Shown here piece by piece: positions 1-7,754 of a stretch of 64,000 nucleotides of DNA; the first letter of the stretch is position 1, and each line of letters starts with the position of its first letter. Location of the stretch: positions 64,001 to 128,000 of the forward strand of contig CAWKHF010000005.1 of the NCBI GenBank assembly GCA_963849325.1, written 5' to 3'. Source of the stretch: an uncultured Planctomycetota bacterium (GTDB lineage: Bacteria; Planctomycetota; Planctomycetia; Gemmatales; Gemmataceae). A program made the position numbers and the translations under genes. The notes below the pieces were generated by a model that made no database searches, was not told the origin of the DNA, and saw only the letters and a list, made by a program, of their open reading frames with translations.

Positions 1-51
1 CTCGCCAAGCCCTCGGTTGAATTCGGCGGATGAGTCTGCATCCCCGTCGGG

Positions 52-70
52 GCCGAACGTCACAGATCAG
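52..70 (-). other. attC site, distal half (L'/R'), separated from its proximal half by a 241-bp insert
   Basis: Minus strand reads CTgatctgtgacGTTCGGC, which completes the attC arm ending at 312 (...gctgCT). Confidence 0.75.
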
Positions 71-311
71 GTAGCCCATTCGATGGTCGCCGTGGGGCGA
101 TACATTCCAGGTAAAAGCTTGGAGAGAGCCGAGCGTTGAAGTGCCGAGGAGGAGTAGTTGGCGAGTCGCCGAGAGCAGGGTAGTCGGTAGGCACGGTGGG
201 TCAGACGGTGGCACGGAACAATTGCGACCATTGGGGTCGCAAAGGAGCAATGACCGTGCGCACCCAGCGTGCCGGCATCCTCACCAAAATTGCTCTTGCA
301 TTGCTTAGAAA
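71..311. mobile_element. Non-autonomous 241-bp insert in attC (MITE-like or IS remnant)
   Basis: Flanked by AG at 69-70 and 312-313 at the same attC position as the IS1111 insertion. No transposase ORF. Long nested hairpin at 190-273. Confidence 0.6.
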
Positions 312-391
312 AGCAGCCGGGCGGCCAGGAGGGACTGCATGTCGCGCGAAACCAGAATGGCCGCCCGGTCTGCTGAAGCGGTTTGTTCGGC
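312..391 (-). other. attC site, proximal part (R'', L'', stem)
   Basis: Minus strand GCCGAAC-aaacc-gcttcagcagac-cgggcggcca...tggccgcccg-gctgct, directly after the stop of the 398-883 gene. Confidence 0.85.
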
Positions 392-397
392 CCTCCG

Positions 398-883
398 CTA
401 CCCGATCAAAGATGCTTTCCCTCTGAATTTCCGCTCTGGCCCGAGTAGAAGCGAGATGCCGTGCCCAGCGAACAGGTCGCCGCACGAGTAATACCAGGAC
501 GCGCTGCCGTCGTGGTACAGGTTGATCCCACTCGGGCGGATGTTGGCCAGGAACTCTGCCCGGTTCATGGGCGGGGTGCCCTCTTCGGGATCCTCGTCCG
601 CCCACACCTCGTTGTAACAGTTGAGTAGGTCGTCAGCCACCCTCGCCCGGACTTCCGGTTCGGCCTCTCGTGCCCAGGCGAGGTACTCGGCGCCTACCGT
701 GAACAACTCGGCCGGCTCGGCTCCCGCCCACTCAGCCTCGGCCACGATGGAGAAGCTGAGCGGATACCCAGGGACCAGTTCGACTTCGGTCCCCCAGGAG
801 TTCACCCGGTCGTCCCACTGAATCTGACCCAGGACAGGGTGATTGCGTGTCCGCTTGGCCATCAGAGCCTCCGCTTCCACCAC
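398..883 (-). CDS. Integron cassette protein, DUF2262-like
   Basis: 161-aa ORF between two attC sites. The C-terminal WYYSCGDLFAGHGI resembles the DUF2262 motif. Confidence 0.6.
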   Translation of the reverse strand: MVEAEALMAKRTRNHPVLGQIQWDDRVNSWGTEVELVPGYPLSFSIVAEAEWAGAEPAELFTVGAEYLAWAREAEPEVRARVADDLLNCYNEVWADEDPEEGTPPMNRAEFLANIRPSGINLYHDGSASWYYSCGDLFAGHGISLLLGPERKFRGKASLIG

Positions 884-1027
884 TATGGCTATCCGTCATC
901 TGTGCTATCCGGCACCCAACGACAATGCTCGACTGCCGAGTTGGATGGGGCGCCGCAAGCCGAACCCCATCGTGCCGGCCTGGAGACCAGTCCGGAAGCA
1001 AAACGCACATGGGCGAGGGGTCAAGTG

Positions 1028-1124
1028 GCCGAACGACGAAGCTCACCTGCCCGGCGGGCGCTGGGAGCGATGACCCTGGAACAGCCTCCATGCCCGCCGG
1101 GTCAGGTGCAGCGCCTGGTTAGCC
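1028..1124 (-). other. Intact attC site (97 bp)
   Basis: Minus strand GGCTAAC caggc gctgcacctgac ccggcggg...cccgccgg gcaggtgagc ttcgtc GTTCGGC. R''/L''/L'/R' boxes with an extrahelical G. Confidence 0.92.
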
Positions 1125-1128
1125 GAAA

Positions 1129-1655
1129 TCATAGCGACTGAAAGACCAAGGTGGAATCCACTTTCAGGATTGTGCCGTTGACGCTTCCGGCTCGGGCTAC
1201 AACCTGGCCGAGCGAACCGTCCGGCGCTTGAGCGTCCCCTCCACCACAATCCCGAGTTTGGAAGGAGCGCCCTTTCCTACTGTCGCGGCCACCAGTTCGC
1301 CATCGATCAAAAGGTGCACGCGTCGCCACACATACCATTCTCTGTAACCCACTTCGATCGTGTGTCCCCCAGACTGAAGAAGAAACCAGCGGTTGGATAG
1401 CGCGTAGCAAGACAGAACGGAGTCAATCGAGATCCGGCACCGGCAGCCCCAGCCGACGCGAACATGCACCGGATGGTTATCCCTGCCGGCATGACCAGCT
1501 TGCGCCGTCAGCGCGATCGGGAGGAGATGCCAGCCGCGCTGTTCGGCCGCTAAAACACCATCCAGATACAGGCGATCCCAAGGGTGGGAGTCGCGCCGCA
1601 TTTGGATGTGCGCCTCGTGCCCTTCCCACCGATAAGTCCACTCAATAACCGACAT
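1129..1655 (-). CDS. Integron cassette hypothetical protein (probable frameshift near 1230)
   Basis: ORF 1197-1655 apparently continues in the frame ending at 1129, next to the attC R''. Confidence 0.6.
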
Positions 1656-1687
1656 AGTTGCGATTACGGTGAAGAACGTCCAGCATC

Positions 1688-1705
1688 GGCTAACACCAAG
1701 CTCAG
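1688..1705 (-). other. attC distal half (L'/R'), split by IS1111
   Basis: Minus strand CTgagcttggtGTTAGCC. GTTAGCC is complementary to the R'' GGCTAAC at 1118-1124. Confidence 0.85.
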
Positions 1706-1797
1706 ATGGGGATGATGCCGGGTTGCTCCCACCGACGACAAGCCGGCGGTATTATGGAGTAACCCAGTAAAAGCCACCCCATCTGGAGCAACCCGAC

Positions 1798-2811
1798 ATG
1801 TCCACCACTCTACCACTGTTCGTCGGACTGGACTACTCCCAACACGCCGTCCAACTGTGCGTCTTGGACCCCACGGGTCAGGTCTTGTGTAACCGCGCCG
1901 TGCCTGACTCCGCCGACGCCATCGATCAGGCCGTCCGGCGATTCGGTGCCGTCCGCGGCGCCGCCCTGGAAGCCTGCACCGGAGCCGCCAACCTCGCCGA
2001 AGAACTCGCCGACCGCTACGCCTGGCCCGTCCACCTCGCCCACCCCGGATTCGTCAGCCGCATGAAGCAGTCGCCCGACAAAACCGACTTCTCCGACGCC
2101 CGCGTCCTGGCCGACCTCGAACGGGTCGGCTACCTACCCCGCGTCTGGATTGCACCCCAGCAGCTCCGTGAACTCCGTACCCTGGTCCGCGACCGCCAAC
2201 AACTGGCCGCCCAGCGACGCAATCTCAAGCTCCAGATCGGTGCCCTGCTACGGGAACACCGCCTACGCTGTAGCCACAACCGCTGGACGCGGGCCTGGCA
2301 CGCCTGGCTGGAGCATCAAGCTCAACTGCCCGAACAAGCACGCTGGGTCATGCAACAACGCCTGCGTCGGCTGGCCTGGATCGTCCAGGAGATCCGCACC
2401 GTCGAAGAACGTCTCCAACAAGTCACCGCTGTGGACGGCACCGTAACTTGGCTGCGGACGATCAAGGGCATTGGTCCGGTCACCGCCTGGACGTTGCGGG
2501 CCGAGATCGGTCGCTTCGACCGTTTCCGAACCGGCAAGCAGTTGGCGCGGTACTGCGGCCTGACGCCGTGCAACCGCTCCTCGGGCGTGCGTGAGGCCGA
2601 CGCCGGTTTGATCCGGGCGGCCAATCCCGAACTGCGTCGCGTGCTCATCGAGGCGGCCTGGCTGTTGGCTCGTCTGCAGCCGCGTTGGCGGCAACTGGCC
2701 GAGCGTCTGAAGGCACGGGGCAAACCGAGTACGGTGGTGATAGCGGCCGTGGCCAACCGCTTCGTGCGTTGGTTGTACCACGAAGGAGTCCGCCAACAGG
2801 CGGCGGCCTGA
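1798..2811 (+). CDS. IS110 family transposase (DEDD RuvC-like)
   Basis: Motifs FVGLDY, ALEAC, KTDFSDARVLA, GIGPVTA, YCGLTPCNRSSG. Intact 337 aa. Confidence 0.95.
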   Translation: MSTTLPLFVGLDYSQHAVQLCVLDPTGQVLCNRAVPDSADAIDQAVRRFGAVRGAALEACTGAANLAEELADRYAWPVHLAHPGFVSRMKQSPDKTDFSDARVLADLERVGYLPRVWIAPQQLRELRTLVRDRQQLAAQRRNLKLQIGALLREHRLRCSHNRWTRAWHAWLEHQAQLPEQARWVMQQRLRRLAWIVQEIRTVEERLQQVTAVDGTVTWLRTIKGIGPVTAWTLRAEIGRFDRFRTGKQLARYCGLTPCNRSSGVREADAGLIRAANPELRRVLIEAAWLLARLQPRWRQLAERLKARGKPSTVVIAAVANRFVRWLYHEGVRQQAAA

Positions 2812-2835
2812 CGGATAGTGACAAGGCGTTGTCAT

Positions 2836-2990
2836 TGTCGGGGAAGTTCCTGAGCGGTTGCGGGTGTGCTCGGCCGGCTGCTGGGGTTTAATCCTCGCGC
2901 TCAGATGGGGCAGCCCGCAACCTTTCTTCGCATCCCATTTGGGCAGGGTCTTGAACCCACGCTCGGATAAGAAGCATGGGAGCCCCGACA
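2836..2990 (+). ncRNA. Putative bridge RNA / seekRNA of the IS1111 element
   Basis: Closing stem tgtcgggg/ccccgaca. The inner stem ggttgcggg/cccgcaacc encloses a loop with gccggctgct and gctcag, which match the two sides of the attC insertion site. Confidence 0.75.
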
Positions 2991-3156
2991 GCGTTGGCGT
3001 CCTGCCGAAGATTTCGCCGCCTCCGTGCGGCGACCAGGGGCGCTGATTGCCGCCCCCTGGACCCCCGGCTAGCCTCTCTCTGTTCCGGGAGGAAGAGAGG
3101 AGACTAACGCCGAGAAAAGGTGATTTTCCTCTTGACGAGTGGCCTGGCATCATAGA

Positions 3157-3239
3157 AGCAGCCGGCTCACGCGGAATTGGCGTTATGACTCGGAGAGCCG
3201 CCTATCGCGTGGCCGGTCTGCTGCAGCGCCTGGTTCGCA
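3157..3239 (-). other. attC proximal part, split by IS1111
   Basis: Minus strand TGCGAAC caggc gctgcagcagac cggccacgcg...cgcgtgagccg gctgCT. Confidence 0.85.
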
Positions 3240-3305
3240 TCCTCGCAGGGTTCCCCTGCACCACAATGCCAGGAACTTGGGGCGAGACTCGCTTATCCTA
3301 CCTCC

Positions 3306-3494
3306 GGTGTCCGGTGTCGATGTCCGACATGCTTCTGGTGCTGAGAGGCTTTGCGCTCCGCCCGCTGGTTCGACTGGACCGGGGAGCGATTTTCGGCCCA
3401 CTCGTTTGGTGACGACCGCCTACGGCCTTCGACGCCGTCGCGGTCGATCCCGTTGGGACGGCTGGTGCCCGTGCCGACTCCCCCACCGGACACC
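3306..3494 (+). ncRNA. Putative bridge RNA upstream of the second IS110 transposase
   Basis: Perfect 11-bp closing stem ggtgtccggtg/caccggacacc enclosing several hairpins. The position matches IS110-group bridge RNAs. Confidence 0.45.
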
Positions 3495-3528
3495 CTGGTT
3501 CCCCAATCCCCCTATTGTGGAGGCTCCC

Positions 3529-5011
3529 GTGTCCGACTGCAAGACCCCACCACGCGACGCCCGTAAACCGCAAACGCCATCGGTGGCCGCGACCGCCAAC
3601 GAACTACGCCGCGCCGCCCGCCACGCTGAAAAGACCCGACGTGACGCCCAGGAGTGCGCCAAGCTGGTCTCGATGCCGGTGCAGCATGCTCACGCCGCCG
3701 GCATCGACGCTGGCGACGTCAGCCACTGGGCCTGCGTCGAATCCACCCCCGACGACAGCGACGCCGTCCGCGAGTTCCCCGCTCATACCGCCGGGCTGCG
3801 GCAATTGGTCGCCTGGCTACGCCAATGCGGCGTCACCACCGTGGCCGTGGAGGCCACCGGCGTCTACGCCCACGTCCTGTTTTTGACTCTGCTGGAAGCC
3901 GGCTTCGTGGTGGTGATGACCGCACCGCAGTTTGCCCGCCAGATCAAGGGCCGGCCCAAGACCGACAAGCGTGACTGCCAGTGGATTCAACGCCTGCACA
4001 AGCACGGCCTGTTGCCGGCCATCTTCCAGCCCGACGAGGCCACCCAGACCCTGCGCGACTACGTCCGCCAACGCGCCAACCTGGTCCGCCTGTCCGGCCA
4101 GCACATCCAGAGGATGCAGAAGGCGCTGCAACTGATGAACCTCAAGCTGACCGGCGTGCTGGGCGACGTCACCGGCGTAACGGGGCTAAAGATCATCCGG
4201 GCCATCCTCGCCGGCCAACGCGACCCGCAGCAACTGGCCAGGCTGCGCGACCGCCGCTGCCGGCACAGCGTTGCGGACATCGCCCAGGCGTTGGATGGCC
4301 GCTATCGCCCCGAGCATATAACCGAGCTGCGCTGTTGCCTGACCTTGTGGGAGAAGTATCAGGAGGTGATCGGTGAGCTGGACGAAGCCATCGACGCCCA
4401 CCTGCGGAGCATGCGTCGGCAGACCGCGTTGCCCCCACTGCCGCCCAAGCCCCGCATGCGTGGCCGCAAGCCGCACGACCCACGCTTTGACGTGCGCCAG
4501 GCGTTGTACTTGGCCACGGGCGTAGACCTGACGGCGATCGAAGGCATTGACGAGGTGCATGCGTTGACGTTGGTCAGTGAGCTGGGTTGGGACTTCACGA
4601 AATGGCCGACGGTCAAGCAGTTCACCTGCTGGCTGGGGCTGTGCCCCAACTGGCACAAGACCGGGGGTAAGGTGCAAGTCCAGCGCGACGCGTAAGGGCA
4701 AGGGGCGTGCGGCGCGGACGTTGTGTTTGGCGGCCTGGAGTCTGATGCGGAGCAAGAGCTATTTGGGAGCCTATCTGCGTCGTCAGCGTTCGCGTCTGGG
4801 TGCGCCCAAGGCGATCACGGCGACGGCGCACAAGCTGGCGCGGATCGTGTACCACTTGGTGCGTTACGGCATGGCCTACGTCAAGCAAACGGAGGCGGTC
4901 TACGCCGAGCAGGTGCGGGCGCGTCTGGAGAAGCAGTTGCGTCGTCGTGCGATGGAGCTGGGCTTCGAGCTGCGGAAGGTGGAGGCGCCGCCGATGCCGG
5001 CGGTGACCTAG
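3529..5011 (+). CDS. IS110 family transposase (frameshift near 4675)
   Basis: AAGIDAG, AVEATGVY, KTDKRDCQWIQRL, WLGLCP, then KAITATAHKLARIVY in the second frame. Confidence 0.9.
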
Positions 5012-5203
5012 ATTCGCGTTGGCGTTGGCAGTCATTGACAGTGAGGTGAGACGGAAACAGCGGAGAGGACAAGGGCGAAGGGCGGAAGGGAGCGGAGACG
5101 GTGCGCGCCGGCGGAGGCCCATCGCAGCAGGGAGCTACGTCACCGTCGCGTCACCTTCCGAGGAAGTTCCTGGGGCGGCCGTATTCTCTGACCCGGCAAG
5201 CCA

Positions 5204-5342
5204 TTACGGCCTGAAGAGACCGCGAACCTCTCTCTTGAGCTGCGCTGCCTTTCCCTCATACTTGGAGTACGAATACAACCAACCTTTGTATTCTCCGAAA
5301 CTAATCCGGCCCTCCTCCTCGTCAACGTCGAGAGGATTCATA
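5204..5342 (-). pseudogene. 3' fragment of an interrupted cassette gene
   Basis: Minus frame MNPLDVDEEEGRISFGEYKGWLYSYSKYEGKAAQLKREVRGLFRP*, lower GC, abutting the IS end. Confidence 0.45.
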
Positions 5343-6675
5343 GACTCAGTAGTTTCCGGTGAGTGTGAATTATGATACCATTCCCCAACTCATTCATACA
5401 TCCGATGTTCCGTGGCGATTTCATCGTGGATTCCCAAATGGGCTTCGGCCCAGTGTTGCAACCACACCAGCATCTTGCGAAAGCTCAAACGCCCCAGGTC
5501 GATCCGCCGACCGCCTCGCTGACGACGCGCCAACACCTGCCCATGCAACCACACCCAGACGTTGCGCAAGAGCAACGCCACCCCCACGTACAACAAACGC
5601 AGCAGCGGATCGCGCGTACACGTCCGAATCCGCGCCTGGTGCATCTGACGGTAACTCGTCTCGATGGCGAACCGACTCCGGTACGTCTCCTTCACCCACG
5701 TATACGACGACGGACGCAACGGCCCACCGAAGGCATAGACCAACGCCTCACGACCATGCCGTCCACGCTCGCCCCGCCGGTTGCGGCACTTCACGCACAC
5801 CGCGAACCGCGCCCGACGTTTGCTGGCATTGGTCATGGTGTACTGCCCCCAACCGCTCCGCTTGCACCCGGCGAAGACTCGGCTGCCCGAAGGCCCCTTG
5901 GGGTGGTCAGCCTTGCGGCCCCGCAACACCAACGGCATCAGCCACGCGTAGCGGGCGCTTTGCAAGTAGCGGATGACGTCCACGCTGCAAAACCCCCGAT
6001 CCAGCAGCAGATAACGCGGTCGGACACCGCCCTGGGCCGCTTGCCGCAACAGGCGTTGCAGCACGACGGGTAAGGCATCGTGGCGGTTCACCGTCGTCAG
6101 GGCAACCGTGAAGCGTCGTCCTTTGCGGAGGACGTAGGCGGTGGCGTAGGCGTGGAAGTGGCTGGTGCCACTCTTGGCCTGGCCGCGATAGATCTCGTCG
6201 GGTTGGTGCAAGGGTTTGCCGTGGTAAGGCAGCAGGGTGAGGTCAATGGCCAGGGGTTGGCGATGGCGACGTAAGGCGTGGGGCAGGTCGCCTTGCAGGG
6301 CGCGGTTGAGCCGGCGTTGTAATTCGGCGTAGGTGGGCAGGGTGGCCAGCAAGGCATCGTGGGCGGCGCTGTCGGAGGGAGCATCGCGGAGGGTGGCGCA
6401 GGCAGCGGCCAGGGAGATGATGCGGCTGGCGGCATAGAAGAGGACGGTCCACAGGGTATCGGTGGTGCATTTGCGGCCGTGGTCTGGCAGGCGGAGATGC
6501 TTTTGGATGCGCCAGGCGGCGTGGGCCTGGACGTGGGCGGGGGTGAGGGTATACTGCCGAGGTCGCATGGCTTCCTCCTGAAATGTCCTTGGTAGCACAA
6601 GTCATTATCAGGAGGAGCCTTGCGATTGCCCTCTACACCTTTTGTCGTTCCGCCCGAACCGGAAACTACTGAGGC
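5343..6675 (-). mobile_element. ISH3-like (IS4 superfamily) insertion sequence
   Basis: 18-bp terminal inverted repeats gactcagtagtttccggt / accggaaactactgaggc (1 mismatch), TA on both sides. Confidence 0.88.
5390..6568 (-). CDS. ISH3-family DDE transposase
   Basis: LAIDLTLLPYHG, AKSGTSHFHAYAT, LLLDRGF, YRSRFAIETSYR (YREK-like). Confidence 0.88.
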   Translation of the reverse strand: MRPRQYTLTPAHVQAHAAWRIQKHLRLPDHGRKCTTDTLWTVLFYAASRIISLAAACATLRDAPSDSAAHDALLATLPTYAELQRRLNRALQGDLPHALRRHRQPLAIDLTLLPYHGKPLHQPDEIYRGQAKSGTSHFHAYATAYVLRKGRRFTVALTTVNRHDALPVVLQRLLRQAAQGGVRPRYLLLDRGFCSVDVIRYLQSARYAWLMPLVLRGRKADHPKGPSGSRVFAGCKRSGWGQYTMTNASKRRARFAVCVKCRNRRGERGRHGREALVYAFGGPLRPSSYTWVKETYRSRFAIETSYRQMHQARIRTCTRDPLLRLLYVGVALLLRNVWVWLHGQVLARRQRGGRRIDLGRLSFRKMLVWLQHWAEAHLGIHDEIATEHRMYE

Positions 6676-6795
6676 TAGATGTCGAACGGTGTCGATCCAG
6701 TTTATCGGGTCGAGGTCGAACTCAAGGTTAAAGAATCCGAATAGGTCGCGCAACGCCACTTTCCCCAAACTGCGTGGCCGTGATTGGTCTGGCAT
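6676..6795 (-). pseudogene. 5' fragment of the first cassette gene, cut by the IS
   Basis: RBS gagg then MPDQSRPRSLGKVALRDLFGFFNLEFDLDPINWIDTVRHL running into the IS end. Confidence 0.45.
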
Positions 6796-6868
6796 ACGAG
6801 TAGTTCCTCGTTGAGCGAGAGGTCAGCATCAGGTTCAGCCGCTCTCACGTCATGGGCAGCCCTCCGTG

Positions 6869-7035
6869 GCCGAACAAGTGATTAGGGTGCGCGCGTGCCC
6901 TAATTCGGAACCCTTGTGCCAGGGGTATTCGGCGCAAAGGATTTCCCTGGCAAGGGTCGCCGCATTTACCACCGCCGTTATCTCAATATTAGGGTGTGCG
7001 CCTAAGCAGGTGCTTAGGGCGCGCACGCCCTAAGC
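6869..7035 (-). promoter_or_regulatory. Putative attI region with three TTAGGG...CCTAA palindromic sites
   Basis: Minus strand ccctaatcactt GTTCGGC at the array start. Related palindromes at 6881-6904, 6988-7007 and 7012-7035, just upstream of the divergent intI. Confidence 0.65.
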
Positions 7036-7165
7036 CGGATTGAAACCCCACGGTGTCTCGCCGTCAAGCGAAATCTTAACCCGTGCCGTTTTTTTTCTTT
7101 CCTCCGTGTCTATCCAGGCGTACACTCCTTCTTCAGGACGCATTTTCCACTTTGCGGAGTGTCTC

Positions 7166-7630
7166 ATGTCCACACCTCCTTCCCCTCCTCGACTCCTCGA
7201 TCTCGTCCGTCCGGTCGCCCAGACACGCTTCGGCCAGGACGGACCTGGAGAACGCTACGCTTGTTGGACGCGCTGCCTGATTCTCTTTCACGACAAACGT
7301 CATCCCCGCGACCTGTCGCCCGGCGACGTGGGGCGTTTCCTCGAACACGTCGCGCAGACCGAAAAAGATGCCTTGAATGCTCTGGAAGAAGCCCATACCG
7401 CCCTGACCTTTCTCTACCGCGACGTTCTCGGCCTGGCCATCGGCGAACTGCCCTGCCCCGAGCCGCCGCGTTTGCTCGATCGCCTCCGCCGCGCTTGCCG
7501 CGTTCGTCAATACTCGCCCCGTACCGAAGACTGTTACACCGAGTGGGCCACGCGCTTCATCCGCTTTCACGGCCTGCGTCATTCCAACACGCTCACCGTC
7601 CGTCACGGCAAGGGCGCGGGGTCAGGTTAA
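7166..7630 (+). pseudogene. intI: Truncated integron integrase (duplicated N-terminal SAM-like domain, catalytic domain mostly deleted)
   Basis: PPRLLD twice and YSPRTEDCYTEWATRFIRFHGLRH (IntI N-terminus), joined directly to LTVRHGKG and a stop. Divergent from the cassette array. Confidence 0.85.
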
Positions 7631-7646
7631 ATTCTCTCGAAAAGAC

Positions 7647-7736
7647 GGAAAACCACGAATCACACGAATGAAAGAAAAGGCAACATTTCTCGGGGGTTAT
7701 TTTTATTCGTGTTATTCGTGTTATTCGTGGTTTTCC
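7647..7736. repeat. REP/MITE-like element with 9-nt-periodic inverted arms
   Basis: aaccacgaatcacacgaat ... attcgtgttattcgtgttattcgtggtt around an AT-rich core. Confidence 0.8.
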
Positions 7737-7754
7737 TCTTTATTGTGGTGGTTC

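Larger units (their letters stand above)
1706..3156 (+). mobile_element. IS110 family, IS1111 group element inserted in attC
   Basis: Subterminal inverted repeats atgatgccggg (1712-1722, 6 nt from the end) and cctggcatcat (3143-3153, 3 nt from the end). AG core on both flanks, long right-end noncoding region, TTGACG near the right end. Confidence 0.92.
3262..5176 (+). mobile_element. Second IS110 family element (ends approximate)
   Basis: Inverted ccaggaactt (3269-3278) and aagttcctgg (5164-5173) bracket an IS110 transposase. Long upstream noncoding region. Confidence 0.75.

Noticed and set aside
71-311. Group IIC-attC intron remnant
   Set aside because: The insertion is in the L' box at CT rather than next to R'', and no GUGYG start or domain V/VI was recognised.
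3421-3427. tacggcc as a target guide of the second IS110 (complement of its right flank)
   Set aside because: It lies mostly within a predicted stem (acggc/gccgt) and the element ends are uncertain, so the match may be chance.
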